Part shown: positions 15,387-25,483 of the stretch, in pieces
How the letters are laid out: every line of letters begins with the position of its first letter
Numbering within the stretch: the first letter of the stretch is position 1
NCBI GenBank assembly: GCA_035289485.1
Contig: DATDXA010000047.1
Location: forward strand, 1-27,350
From: an archaeon
Lineage (GTDB): Archaea; Iainarchaeota; Iainarchaeia; Iainarchaeales; Iainarchaeaceae
Direction of reading: 5' to 3'
DNA: 27,350 bases
Made by a program: the position numbers and the translations under genes
Notes under the pieces: model-generated
Told to the model about the DNA's origin: nothing
The model's database searches: none
The model's input: only the letters and a program-made list of their open reading frames with translations

Positions 15387-18269
15387 ATGAGGGATTTCAT
15401 TACTGTAAAGGGCGCGCGAGAGCACAATCTCAAAAATATCGATGTGGAAATGCCGCGAGATAAGCTCACTGTAATAACCGGCCTTTCAGGCTCTGGGAAA
15501 TCCACGCTCGCATTCGATACTATTTATGCGGAAGGCCAGAGGCGCTATGTTGAGAGCCTTTCATCGTATGCGCGCCAATTTCTGGGGGTAATGAATAAGC
15601 CAGATGTGGATTCGATTGATGGGCTCTCCCCCGCGATTTCAATCGAGCAGAAAACCACTTCGAAAAATCCGCGCTCAACTGTTGGCACTGTTACAGAAAT
15701 TTACGATTACTTAAGGTTGCTATTTGCTCGCATAGGAATTTTGCACTGCCCAAAGTGCCAAAGTGAGATTAAGCCGCAGACAGCAGAGAACATAACAAAC
15801 CTGATAATGTCAGAGAATGGCAAAACACTGATGATTCTTGCCCCCATAATCCGCGGCTCAAAAGGAACTTACGAACAGGTAATCGAGGACATCAAGCGCG
15901 ACGGGTTTACAAAAATCAGAATAGATGAAGAAATACATCCCGCAGAAACCGCGCGCGAAAATGTAAAGCTAACGCGCTATGAAAAGCACTGGATTGAGGC
16001 GGTTGTCGACACCATCACAATCCACCAGGATGAGAGGGCAAGGGTTAGTGAAGCAGTTGAGCAGGCGCTGCATGTTGGAAAGGGGCGCGTAATTGTAATT
16101 GATGCAAAGAAAGCGCAGATGCGCAGCAAAGCCCCCGATCCAGAAAAGACACTAAAAGAAATGAACCGCGGAGAAGGTGAAACCCTCTACTCAACTTTCG
16201 GTGCGTGCCCAAACCACCCAGAGGTGGTATTCGAGCCGCTTGAGCCGCGCATGTTCTCATTCAACTCCCCGTTTGGTGCATGCCAGGGCTGCCATGGAAT
16301 CGGCGAAATAATGCAGATTTCTCCGCACCTTCTGATACCTGACAAGACAAAGAGCATAATGGATGGCGCGATTGCGCTTTATTCAAAATCCGATAACCAC
16401 TGGCGCTCGCAGCAGATTGCGGTTGTTGGCAAAAAATACGGCTTTGATGTGTTCACCGAGATAAAAAAGTTTTCAGAAAAGCAGCTCAATGTGCTTCTCT
16501 ACGGCACAAAAGAACCCATAAAGGGAAAGTGGAGCATGGGCGTTAGCATGCGCATGGAAAATGGCTTTGAAGGAATAATTCCCCAAACAATGAGGCTCTA
16601 TAAGCAAACAGAATCCGAGTGGCGAAAGGAAGAAATTGAAAAGTACATGCTCGCTGAGCCTTGCGAGGCGTGCAAGGGCAAGAGGCTTAAGGAAAATGTT
16701 TTGGCGGTAAAGATTGATGAAAAATCAATCATTGATGTAACTGATATGAGCATTCTAAACTCGGTTGAGTTCTTCTCGGGGCTTGAAAAAAGGCTAAATG
16801 AAAAAGAGCGATATATAGCAAAGCAGGTGCTAAAGGAAATCCGAGAGCGCCTCGGCTTTCTAAAAAATGTAGGGCTTGGCTATCTCAATCTTTCGCGAAG
16901 CGCGCGCACCCTCTCAGGCGGGGAAGCCCAAAGGATAAGGCTTGCAACGCAGATAGGCTCGAACCTCATGGGCGTTCTATATATCCTTGATGAGCCTTCA
17001 ATTGGCCTTCACCAGCGCGATAATGAAAAGCTCATAAGCACAATGCACAGGTTGCGCGATGTCGGAAACACCCTTATTGTAGTGGAGCACGATGAGGACA
17101 CAATCCGCGCCGCGGATTATGTAATTGATATGGGCCCGGGAGCAGGAATTCACGGAGGGCACGTGTGCGCTCGGGGGACTCCTGCAGAAATTGAAAAAAA
17201 TGAGAAGAGCATTACCGGGCAGTACCTTTCAGGAAAGAAAAAAATCGATGTTCCGCAGATACGCAAAAAAGCGGCAAGCCACATCCGAATAATTGGCGCT
17301 GCGGAAAACAATTTGCGCGGGCTCACAATCGATCTTCCAACAGAAGTTCTCTGCGCAATCACCGGAGTTTCAGGCTCGGGCAAATCAACCCTGATGAACC
17401 AGACGCTTGTCCCATATTTGCGCAGGCATTTTGGAGAGGCCTCAGAGAGGATTGGAAAGCACAGCTTTGTGCAGGTTCCGGATAATGTCAAAAATATCAT
17501 TGTAATTGATCAGGATCCGATTGGAAGGACTCCGCGCTCAAACCCGGCAACCTATACCAAAATTTTTGATGATGTGCGCGAGGTTTTTTCCTCCACACGC
17601 GAATCAAAGGCGCGCGGGTACAAGGAAGGTCGCTTCTCGTTTAATGTGAAGGGCGGAAGATGCGAAGCTTGCATGGGCGATGGAGTGATAAAAATTGAAA
17701 TGAACTTTTTGCCAGATGTTTATGTCGAGTGCTCGGAGTGCAAGGGCAAGCGCTACAATAAGGCCACTCTTGAAATTCTCTACAAGGGGAAAAACATCGC
17801 AGAGGTTCTGGAAATGAGCACGGAAGAAGCGCTCGCGTACTTTGAAAATCACTCCTCAATAAAAAGAAGGCTTGAAACCCTTGTGGATGTGGGGCTTGGG
17901 TACATTAAGCTCGGCCAGAGTTCAACTACGCTCTCTGGCGGGGAATCGCAGAGAATTAAAATCACACGCGAGCTTGCAAAGCAAAAGCGCGGCAACACAA
18001 TCTATATGCTAGATGAGCCAACCACCGGCCTTCATTTTGAGGATACGCGCAAGCTAATCACCGTTCTAAACCGCCTTGTTGAGAAGGGAAATACTGTTTA
18101 TGTAATCGAGCACAACCTTGATGTGATAAAATCCTGCGATTATGTAATCGACCTCGGCCCCGAGGGCGGTGACGGAGGGGGAAAACTGATTGCAAAAGGA
18201 ACTCCAGAGCAGGTAGCCCAAGTTGAGAGGTCCTACACCGGGGAGTTTTTGCGCAAGGTGCTAAAATGA
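15387..18269 (+). CDS. uvrA: Excinuclease ABC subunit A
   Basis: Two ABC modules ([26 protein letters not shown]), [11 protein letters not shown] and zinc fingers; SD AGGTGA before the ATG at 15387. Confidence 0.98.
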   Translation: MRDFITVKGAREHNLKNIDVEMPRDKLTVITGLSGSGKSTLAFDTIYAEGQRRYVESLSSYARQFLGVMNKPDVDSIDGLSPAISIEQKTTSKNPRSTVGTVTEIYDYLRLLFARIGILHCPKCQSEIKPQTAENITNLIMSENGKTLMILAPIIRGSKGTYEQVIEDIKRDGFTKIRIDEEIHPAETARENVKLTRYEKHWIEAVVDTITIHQDERARVSEAVEQALHVGKGRVIVIDAKKAQMRSKAPDPEKTLKEMNRGEGETLYSTFGACPNHPEVVFEPLEPRMFSFNSPFGACQGCHGIGEIMQISPHLLIPDKTKSIMDGAIALYSKSDNHWRSQQIAVVGKKYGFDVFTEIKKFSEKQLNVLLYGTKEPIKGKWSMGVSMRMENGFEGIIPQTMRLYKQTESEWRKEEIEKYMLAEPCEACKGKRLKENVLAVKIDEKSIIDVTDMSILNSVEFFSGLEKRLNEKERYIAKQVLKEIRERLGFLKNVGLGYLNLSRSARTLSGGEAQRIRLATQIGSNLMGVLYILDEPSIGLHQRDNEKLISTMHRLRDVGNTLIVVEHDEDTIRAADYVIDMGPGAGIHGGHVCARGTPAEIEKNEKSITGQYLSGKKKIDVPQIRKKAASHIRIIGAAENNLRGLTIDLPTEVLCAITGVSGSGKSTLMNQTLVPYLRRHFGEASERIGKHSFVQVPDNVKNIIVIDQDPIGRTPRSNPATYTKIFDDVREVFSSTRESKARGYKEGRFSFNVKGGRCEACMGDGVIKIEMNFLPDVYVECSECKGKRYNKATLEILYKGKNIAEVLEMSTEEALAYFENHSSIKRRLETLVDVGLGYIKLGQSSTTLSGGESQRIKITRELAKQKRGNTIYMLDEPTTGLHFEDTRKLITVLNRLVEKGNTVYVIEHNLDVIKSCDYVIDLGPEGGDGGGKLIAKGTPEQVAQVERSYTGEFLRKVLK

Positions 18270-19882
18270 TTCACAGGGGTGAGGGCGGCAAGGTTGATTA
18301 CAAAGAGATTCCCGCAAATCCGGGGGTTTACATCTTCCGCGACAAGGGCTTTGAAATAATTTATATCGGCAAGGCAAAATCGCTGCGCAAGAGGGTTTCG
18401 AGCTATTTTAGCAAAAAAAACCATTTTGCGCGCACAGCGCTCATGATCTCGCGCATCGAGAGCATCGATTGGGTCGTGGTTGATAGTGAAGTTGAGGCTC
18501 TGCTTTTGGAAAATAATATGATAAAAAAGCACTCGCCAAAATACAACATCGACCTCAAGGATTCCAAAACTTTCGCATACATCAAGCTCTCAGGGGATGA
18601 ATTCCCCCGCATTTTTTCCACGCGCAAAGTAACCACTGATGGCAAATATTTCGGGCCTTATGTTGACGGCTTTGCAAGGGTGCAGCTTGTAAACCTTGCA
18701 GTGCAGCTCTACAAAATCCGCACCTGCACAACTCTTCCAAAAAAAGCGTGCCTCAATTATCACATCGGGCTTTGCACGGCTCCTTGCATTGGAAATATAA
18801 CCAACGAGCAGTACGCGCTGCAGGTTAAGGGCGCTACCGATTTTTTAAAAGGCAACCGCGAAAATGCAATTTCTCAGCTGCAAAATGAAATGAAACAGGC
18901 ATCATCCGAACTCAAGTTTGAGAAGGCGCTTGAGAAAAAGCACCAGCTCGAATCCATACTGCATCTTGATGAGCGCCAGAAGGTTGAGCTTGTAAAAGAT
19001 TATGACCAGGACATAATTGCGCTTGTTCGCAATGGCGAGAAGGCGCTTATTGAAATGTTTACGATTTCGCGAGGAGTGATTTCAGGCAAGAAAGAATTCG
19101 CGTTCGATTTTCACGACGGGCTTTTGGAGGAATTCATCACAAGGTACTATTCAGGAAACAAGGTGCCAAATGAAATCGTGGTGAATGAGATGTTCTGGGG
19201 CAACGAGAGCGGCAAGGAAACAATTGAAGGGTACCTCACCCATCTTCGCGGCGGCACTGTAACAATACTGCTTCCAAAAAAAGGCGACAAGCTCGGGCTC
19301 ATCAGGCTTGCGGAAAAAAACGCAACAATCAATATGGGCGAGGGAAGCGTCCTCTCAGAAATTAAGGATGCCCTGAACCTTCCAGCGCCCGCGCGCATAA
19401 TAGAGTGCTTTGACATTTCAAATCTTGGCTATGATTATATTGTGGGCGCGATGGTTCGCTTTGTGGACTCGCGCCCCGATAAAAGGGGGTATAGAAAATT
19501 CAAGGTGCGCTCGGTTGAGGGCAAGAACGATGATTTTGCGGCTATGGCCGAAGTAGTGTTTCGCAGATACTACCGCCTCCAAAAAGAGGATTCGCAGATG
19601 CCTGATCTGATAATAATTGATGGCGGAGTTGGGCAGCTCAGTGCCGCGCTCGGTTCACTTGGCCGCCTCGGGTTGAAAATCCCGATAATTGCGCTTGCAA
19701 AGCAGAATGAGGAAATCTTCCTTCCCGGGATTGAAGAGTCCAAAAAGTTTGAGAAGAATGGCAGGATGATGCTCTTTATCCGCTCAGTTCGCGATGCGGT
19801 ACATAAGTTCGTTCTTGGGTACAATCGCAAGCGCAGGCAGATGAGGCTGCGCGACCAGTTCGCGGATGCTGGCAAATCCTAA
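18266..19882 (+). CDS. uvrC: Excinuclease ABC subunit C, lacking C-terminal HhH domain
   Basis: GIY-YIG (PGVYIF...YIGKAKSLRKRV), Cys cluster, UVR domain and RNase H-like domain (ECFDISN, IIDGG); ATGA overlap with uvrA. Confidence 0.95.
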   Translation: MIHRGEGGKVDYKEIPANPGVYIFRDKGFEIIYIGKAKSLRKRVSSYFSKKNHFARTALMISRIESIDWVVVDSEVEALLLENNMIKKHSPKYNIDLKDSKTFAYIKLSGDEFPRIFSTRKVTTDGKYFGPYVDGFARVQLVNLAVQLYKIRTCTTLPKKACLNYHIGLCTAPCIGNITNEQYALQVKGATDFLKGNRENAISQLQNEMKQASSELKFEKALEKKHQLESILHLDERQKVELVKDYDQDIIALVRNGEKALIEMFTISRGVISGKKEFAFDFHDGLLEEFITRYYSGNKVPNEIVVNEMFWGNESGKETIEGYLTHLRGGTVTILLPKKGDKLGLIRLAEKNATINMGEGSVLSEIKDALNLPAPARIIECFDISNLGYDYIVGAMVRFVDSRPDKRGYRKFKVRSVEGKNDDFAAMAEVVFRRYYRLQKEDSQMPDLIIIDGGVGQLSAALGSLGRLGLKIPIIALAKQNEEIFLPGIEESKKFEKNGRMMLFIRSVRDAVHKFVLGYNRKRRQMRLRDQFADAGKS

Positions 19883-19954
19883 AAAACAGTAATTTTGCCA
19901 CTGCCAAACAAACCCTTTTATTTCCTGCCCAGTTCATGTATTAGAGTTGTTTTT

Positions 19955-21430
19955 ATGGCACAGGATAAGCCCAATGCGCATGCACAGGACAAGGACCAGA
20001 CCCTTGGGATAATGGTAAAGAAGAGCGCCGATTTCGTAGAATGGTACAATCAGGTTGTTCTCAAAGCCGGCCTTGCAGATTACGCCCCGATTAGGGGTTT
20101 TATGGTCATAAAGCCGCACGGCTATGCAATGTGGGAGAAGATTCAGGAATATTTCAACAAGGTGCTCGATAAGCGCCTCGTTCACAATGCCTATTTCCCG
20201 CTTCTGATTCCAAAGAGCTTTTTTGAAAAGGAAGCAGAGCACGCAGTTGGATTTGAGCCAGAGCTTGCATGGGTAGAATCAAGAAATGAAAATCCAAATG
20301 ATGCGGAAGAGAGGGTTGCAATAAGGCCAACTTCCGAAACAATAATGTATGATTCCTATTCAAAGTGGATTCGCAGCTGGCGCGACCTCCCACTCCGAAT
20401 AAATCAGTGGTGCAATGTTCTAAGATGGGAAGTTAAGCAAACCAAATTGTTTTTGCGCACGCGTGAATTCCTCTGGCAGGAAGGCCACTGCGTTTATGCA
20501 ACAAAAGAGCAGTGCGATAAGGAAGTGCGCATAATTCTTGATGAGTACAAGCGCCTCTGTGAGGAGCTGCTTGCAATTCCAGTGGTTGCGGGGCAGAAAA
20601 CCGAATCGGAAAAATTTGCCGGCGCGCTCTACACAACAACAATTGAAGCCCTCATGCCGGATGGGCGGGCATTGCAGATGGGAACCTCCCACAATTTAGG
20701 GCAGGGCTTTGCAAAGGCCTTTGGCATTTCTTTCATGGATGAGTACAAAAAGGCGCAAACCCCATGGCAATCAAGCTGGGGATTCTCAACACGCTTAATT
20801 GGCGCTGTTGTAATGGTTCATGGAGATGACCGAGGCCTTGTGCTGCCTCCGCGCCTTGCAAAGAATAAGGCGGTTATTGTTCCGATACTTTTTGAGAACA
20901 CCAAAAAGGAAGTTTTGCAAAAGTGCCGCAAGTTTGAGCGCGAACTGGATGATTTGAACGTTTTGGTAGATGACCGTGACCAGTATAGCTCTGGCTGGAA
21001 GTTTGCGGATTGGGAGCTCAAGGGACTGCCGCTTCGAATCGAACTAGGCCCGAAGGATTTGGAGAAGGGGCATGTAGTTGTTGTGCGCCGCGATAATGGA
21101 AAAAAGGAATTCGTAAAAGATAAGGATGTCAAAAAGCGCGTTCCGGAAATTTTGGAGGAGATGCATGCTGAGATGTTTTCAAAGGCAAAAAAATTCCTTG
21201 ATTCGAACATTGTCGAAGTGAAGAATAAGGAAGAATTCCGCAAGGCTATTGATTCAAAGAAAATGGCGCTTTGCTATTTCTGCGGCGAAAAGGATGTTGA
21301 AGCAAAAATCAAGGAAGAGTTCGGCCTCACTTCGCGCTGCAGCCCATTCGGGCAGGAAGAAAAAGAAGGGAAATGCATATTCTCAGGCAAGAGCGCAAAA
21401 TCAAAGGTGCTGTTTGCCAAGGCTTACTAA
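19955..21430 (+). CDS. proS: Proline--tRNA ligase, archaeal/eukaryotic type
   Basis: RPTSET, FLRTREFLWQEGH, QMGTSHNLGQ, SWGFSTRLIG, anticodon-binding domain and a terminal FAKAY. Confidence 0.97.
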   Translation: MAQDKPNAHAQDKDQTLGIMVKKSADFVEWYNQVVLKAGLADYAPIRGFMVIKPHGYAMWEKIQEYFNKVLDKRLVHNAYFPLLIPKSFFEKEAEHAVGFEPELAWVESRNENPNDAEERVAIRPTSETIMYDSYSKWIRSWRDLPLRINQWCNVLRWEVKQTKLFLRTREFLWQEGHCVYATKEQCDKEVRIILDEYKRLCEELLAIPVVAGQKTESEKFAGALYTTTIEALMPDGRALQMGTSHNLGQGFAKAFGISFMDEYKKAQTPWQSSWGFSTRLIGAVVMVHGDDRGLVLPPRLAKNKAVIVPILFENTKKEVLQKCRKFERELDDLNVLVDDRDQYSSGWKFADWELKGLPLRIELGPKDLEKGHVVVVRRDNGKKEFVKDKDVKKRVPEILEEMHAEMFSKAKKFLDSNIVEVKNKEEFRKAIDSKKMALCYFCGEKDVEAKIKEEFGLTSRCSPFGQEEKEGKCIFSGKSAKSKVLFAKAY

Positions 21431-21443
21431 TTGCAGGGCAATG

Positions 21444-21908
21444 CTAATTCAAATAATCCGAAATCTCAGCGGCCTCAAGCGGCTTTTCCCACACTTCCGC
21501 AACATGCCCGCCGATTTTGTGGTCGTGCATTTCTGTAAATTCAAATCCGCATGAAGTGTAGAGCTTTTTCGCTTTCTCATTTTCCTTTTTCACAAAGAGG
21601 CGCGCTGTTTTCACGCCGCTCTCCTTTAGAAATTCCACTGCATGCATCAGAAGTTCCCTTCCAAATCCCTTTCTCCTGTAAGGCTCCTTAACCGAGAGCG
21701 CATTTATCATCGCCATTTCCTGGAAAATCTCTATTTCAACAAACCCCGCCATTTCCCTGCCAACAGTTTTCTTAAACACCGTGATTTCCGGCCTTTTAAT
21801 GCGCTCGGCGATTTTTTCCTTCGAGAGATTTTTGTATGCGAATTCCCTGTTTATGATATTGTCAAGTGCCGCAACGTCCTTTTCTTGCGCCTTTTTTATT
21901 CCGTTCAT
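21444..21908 (-). CDS. GNAT family N-acetyltransferase (RimI-like)
   Basis: LSVKEPYRRKGFGRELL acetyl-CoA motif and NEKAKKLYTSCGF. Confidence 0.9.
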   Translation of the reverse strand: MNGIKKAQEKDVAALDNIINREFAYKNLSKEKIAERIKRPEITVFKKTVGREMAGFVEIEIFQEMAMINALSVKEPYRRKGFGRELLMHAVEFLKESGVKTARLFVKKENEKAKKLYTSCGFEFTEMHDHKIGGHVAEVWEKPLEAAEISDYLN

Positions 21909-22606
21909 CTAATTTTCCCCATGTAGCTTTTTATTTCCTCAAAGGAAACGGCGCACCCGCCGAATTTCGCGGCAAAGAGCGCGGCTTCGAGCGCCTGTTT
22001 TGTTGCGTGTATTTCCTCTGCAAATGAGCCGTCTGAGTAGGCAAGTGAAATCAGTTCAGTTGAGCGGATTATTTTTATCCCTCCGTATTCGCGCCTGAAT
22101 TCGCCAAGCTGCGCTGTATTCATTATTATTTTCCCGTGGTGCCTTTTGCGAAGGAATGAGAGCAGGCCTTCTGGCTCTTCAATAAGCATTCTTGTCGTGC
22201 GCTCATCAATTGCAAGTGCATCAGCCCCGATTTCCCGGTGTAGCGCAAGCGTTTCCATTTCCCCAAGGTGCAGAAGTATCATCTTCTCGCCATTGAATGT
22301 GCAAAGATTCTGTGAAATCTGCTCAAGCCTCTCAAGCCTCTGCCTTGTCTGCGGCGTTGCCTTTGCAATTTTCACATATCCTTCTTCAACGGCATCCCTA
22401 ATTCTAATTGCATTCAGCCCAAACCTTCGTATTTTCATGGGCGTTTGCACGCTCTCCGCATAAACCGATTCGGGAATGATAAATGAGATATTCTCGCGCT
22501 CTGAAAGCGCCTTCATCACTTTCATCATGCAATTATCTGAAATTGTTATGAGCGTACTAGAATCCAGCACTATTTTCTTCTGCGCCGAAGAATTTGAATA
22601 AGTCAT
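21905..22606 (-). CDS. PIN-domain protein (putative nuclease)
   Basis: IVLDSSTLI, IPESVYAES, HLGEMETLAL and AIDERTTR supply the PIN acidic tetrad; extra helical C-terminal region. Confidence 0.75.
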   Translation of the reverse strand: MTYSNSSAQKKIVLDSSTLITISDNCMMKVMKALSERENISFIIPESVYAESVQTPMKIRRFGLNAIRIRDAVEEGYVKIAKATPQTRQRLERLEQISQNLCTFNGEKMILLHLGEMETLALHREIGADALAIDERTTRMLIEEPEGLLSFLRKRHHGKIIMNTAQLGEFRREYGGIKIIRSTELISLAYSDGSFAEEIHATKQALEAALFAAKFGGCAVSFEEIKSYMGKIR

Positions 22607-23163
22607 TTTCCAAGCAGCCCCCTTAGCATTTTCATGCGAGCTTCAATTCCCATATGCACAGGCTGCTCATCGTGAATTCTTGTAAAGCCAATGTATTTTT
22701 GCACTTCCTTGCTGTCAGCTCCGGTGAGCGCAGCGGCCTGATTTAGGCTAAGGCCTGCTGCGTACGCAGTTGATGCCTGCTTTATGCGCGCCTTTTCATA
22801 AATGTTTTTTGCGTAGTTGCTCAGTTCATCATCAATTCCTTCAATGCTTTTCACTGCGTTGTCAATGCTGCGTGCGAAAGCGCCAATGTCATTCTTTTCA
22901 AGCGCCCGCGCTGCCTTCAAAAGCTCCGCGCTGATATTTCGCGATATTGCCCCCCATCCCTTGTTTTTTACAAAGTGGTCTTTTGAGAGGATTTTGTAGA
23001 GCGCGTAGGAAATTACAGAGAGCCGCGCAAGGCTGGTATCATTGGTCTCAGCTGCCTCTTCGATAAAATCATTTCCAAGCCTTTTGAGGTTCTGGGCATA
23101 AGAGCCGGAAAACGCCTCGGAGAGCGATTGCAGCCTTTGGAGCAAGCCTTCGTTCATAGGCAT
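22603..23163 (-). CDS. Helical hypothetical protein with C-terminal HTH-like motif
   Basis: GLSLNQAAALTGADSKEVQKYIG resembles a UPF0175-like HTH; ATGA-coupled to the PIN gene. Confidence 0.7.
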   Translation of the reverse strand: MPMNEGLLQRLQSLSEAFSGSYAQNLKRLGNDFIEEAAETNDTSLARLSVISYALYKILSKDHFVKNKGWGAISRNISAELLKAARALEKNDIGAFARSIDNAVKSIEGIDDELSNYAKNIYEKARIKQASTAYAAGLSLNQAAALTGADSKEVQKYIGFTRIHDEQPVHMGIEARMKMLRGLLGK

Positions 23164-23229
23164 ATTATTGCCAAAACCGGTTATTTAATGGTTGCATTTT
23201 GCAAAGAGTGCCTGCTTTGTAATAGTTTT

Positions 23230-24096
23230 CTAAGCCCGCCTTCCGCGCTGCGATGCGCTGTATTTCCACGGGTCTTTTCCTTTTTTTATGTGCCTATCTG
23301 CAGAAGTTTCAACTCCTAAAAGGCTTGCTTTATGCAAAAGTGAGACGAGTTTGCCACTGCTGGCTTTCACGCCCTGCCTGGGTCCTGGGTTGCGCTCAAA
23401 TTGCATCTCACCCGGAAACATATTTCTCAAAAGCTCCCATGACACTATGTGCCGAAGGCGCTGTCTTCTCCAGTCCTTAAGGCTCGGTGCCATCATTCTT
23501 ATTCTTGCGGATTGCACAACAGCAAACCTGCCGCGGAATTTTTCCGTAAGAAACATATCGTCATGAATACGCTGGTCCACGGGCATTTTTACGTTGACTG
23601 CATCTTCGCGCTTAATTGCATAGCACGGCCCATTAATTGCGGTTATTTTTGGTTTTCCTGAAGCTATTCTTTTCCTGAACGGTTCAAAAATTCCAAAATT
23701 TTCCTGCAGGCGTTCTAAAACAGTGCTTGCAATTGCAAGTTCTTTTCTTGATGTGAGCGCCTTGTCAAGTTCAGTGAATGTATTTTGCTCAAGAATTGAA
23801 TCGGCATCGGTAAAAAATAGTGTGCGGGACTTTGGGTTGCTGTGCTTTACAATCTCTTCCCATGCCGCATTTTTGCCTTTCTTTTCAAGCGTTAAAACTT
23901 TCACCAAATTTGGGTGCCTTTCCCCGAGTGCATTTGCAGCTGCAAGTGATTCAGCGCTTTCCTTAAGCCCGTTAACACAAATCAGCAGTTCTTTTTCTCG
24001 TTCCTCATTCCAAAGAGTTGATTTCATTACTCCTGCAACTATCACTTCCAAAGTGCCGGCCCTTTCCTTCCATACTGGTATGCAGACTGAAATCAT
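23230..24096 (-). CDS. Glycosyltransferase family 2
   Basis: MISVCIPVWKE start, KGKNAA, FTDAD (DxD), NGPCYA, HDD and QRLR motifs. Start placed at the ATG at 24096. Confidence 0.8.
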   Translation of the reverse strand: MISVCIPVWKERAGTLEVIVAGVMKSTLWNEEREKELLICVNGLKESAESLAAANALGERHPNLVKVLTLEKKGKNAAWEEIVKHSNPKSRTLFFTDADSILEQNTFTELDKALTSRKELAIASTVLERLQENFGIFEPFRKRIASGKPKITAINGPCYAIKREDAVNVKMPVDQRIHDDMFLTEKFRGRFAVVQSARIRMMAPSLKDWRRQRLRHIVSWELLRNMFPGEMQFERNPGPRQGVKASSGKLVSLLHKASLLGVETSADRHIKKGKDPWKYSASQRGRRA

Positions 24097-24181
24097 GTAA
24101 ATAAAGTGTTTTAGCACGAATTTAATGGTTGCGCAGCCATTTGCCAAGTTTTTTATTCTCGAAAGCCATTTTCTTAGCTAG

Positions 24182-25483
24182 ATGAATCCTAAGATTATTC
24201 TGGCTCTTTTAGTGCTTTTGTTCCCTCTTGCGGCTAGCGCCATTTCCAGTAATGACGCGGTAAATTTCATAGTAAACACTAACCATTTCCTCTACGATGC
24301 CGAAACCTATACCCCGCCCAATGTTTCGGTTCATTACGGTGAAAGCGATTACTGGGTAATTCCAATCACTGCTGGAAAGGACATAGTCACTTATTTTCCC
24401 GTGAATTCAAAAACCGGCACCCTTTCGGTTAGCAAAGCGGACAACCGCGCGCTTTTCACTCTTGCAAACAACCTGCGCGAACTCCAGCTCATAAAGGAAT
24501 CAATAACTCCGAATTCAGGAATAGACTGGATTTTCACGCAAAAATACCAGACAGTTTTTAGTGAAATGTCGCTTCAGATTAGTGATGAGATTTACCAATT
24601 GAACACCGTTGAAACCGCGCTCAAGGGCAAGGGAATCACAGCGGACTTAGGCGGTATGAAAGCGCAGCTGCTTTCAATGAGCGCAACATCCTCTTCAATT
24701 GCAAAAAAAATCGCCGATTCCTCGCAGTCCGAGAATGATTTTGCAACCAAGCCTTCTGAGGAAACTTTCAGCGAGATGAATGATTCATTCAAGGGTGTTT
24801 TCGATTCCATAAATTCGCTAAATTCAACTTTTCTCTCATACAACAGCCAGAGAAACAAGCTAAAGCAGCAGATTTCAATAGCGGACCTTGAGGCGCAGGA
24901 AAAATCCCAGCTCTCAGCTATTCTCGATATCCCTCCAAGCCTTCAGTCGCTTGGAAATTACAATATCAATTCGCAGCAGATAAGCGAGAAGCTCAATTCT
25001 TCGCTTCAGGAAACCTCGCTGCGCATGGATTCGCTCCTTGATGAGTTCTCAAACAGGATGCTCAAAAACGATGTATACGACCTGATTTATGCGGACAATG
25101 AAAAAATAAAGAAAGACACGCCTTTCAACTCACTCTCTGAGGCGCGCAGCGGAATTCTCTCAGAGCAGCAGCGCTCTCTTTGGGAAAACCAAACCAAAGT
25201 AAACCAGCTTGAGCAGGATTATTCGCGCGCGCTAAAGTTCTATGGCGAGAAGAATTTCGAGAGCGCAAACACATATGCGGCAACAGCGATTGATGATGCG
25301 ATAGCGGTTTACAAAAGAGGCCAAAAGCCGCCTGTTGCGGGCCCTGCGATTTCACAGGATTTTCTCTTCCAGGCAGCGGGAATTCTTGTTGTGCTCCTCG
25401 CGCTTCTCTATGTTTTCAACAACCGCGGGAAAATAAAGGGAGCCATTACAAAGGAGCCTGAAGAAGTGAACCTTTATGGGTAA
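24182..25483 (+). CDS. Secreted, C-terminally membrane-anchored coiled-coil protein
   Basis: Signal peptide (LAASA|I), long amphipathic helices, C-terminal TM and basic tail. Confidence 0.75.
   Translation: MNPKIILALLVLLFPLAASAISSNDAVNFIVNTNHFLYDAETYTPPNVSVHYGESDYWVIPITAGKDIVTYFPVNSKTGTLSVSKADNRALFTLANNLRELQLIKESITPNSGIDWIFTQKYQTVFSEMSLQISDEIYQLNTVETALKGKGITADLGGMKAQLLSMSATSSSIAKKIADSSQSENDFATKPSEETFSEMNDSFKGVFDSINSLNSTFLSYNSQRNKLKQQISIADLEAQEKSQLSAILDIPPSLQSLGNYNINSQQISEKLNSSLQETSLRMDSLLDEFSNRMLKNDVYDLIYADNEKIKKDTPFNSLSEARSGILSEQQRSLWENQTKVNQLEQDYSRALKFYGEKNFESANTYAATAIDDAIAVYKRGQKPPVAGPAISQDFLFQAAGILVVLLALLYVFNNRGKIKGAITKEPEEVNLYG

Noticed and set aside
21260..21430. Degenerate zinc-binding Cys pattern in the ProRS C-terminal domain
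   Set aside because: Variation of this site is known among archaeal/eukaryotic-type ProRS, and the catalytic motifs and terminal Tyr are intact.
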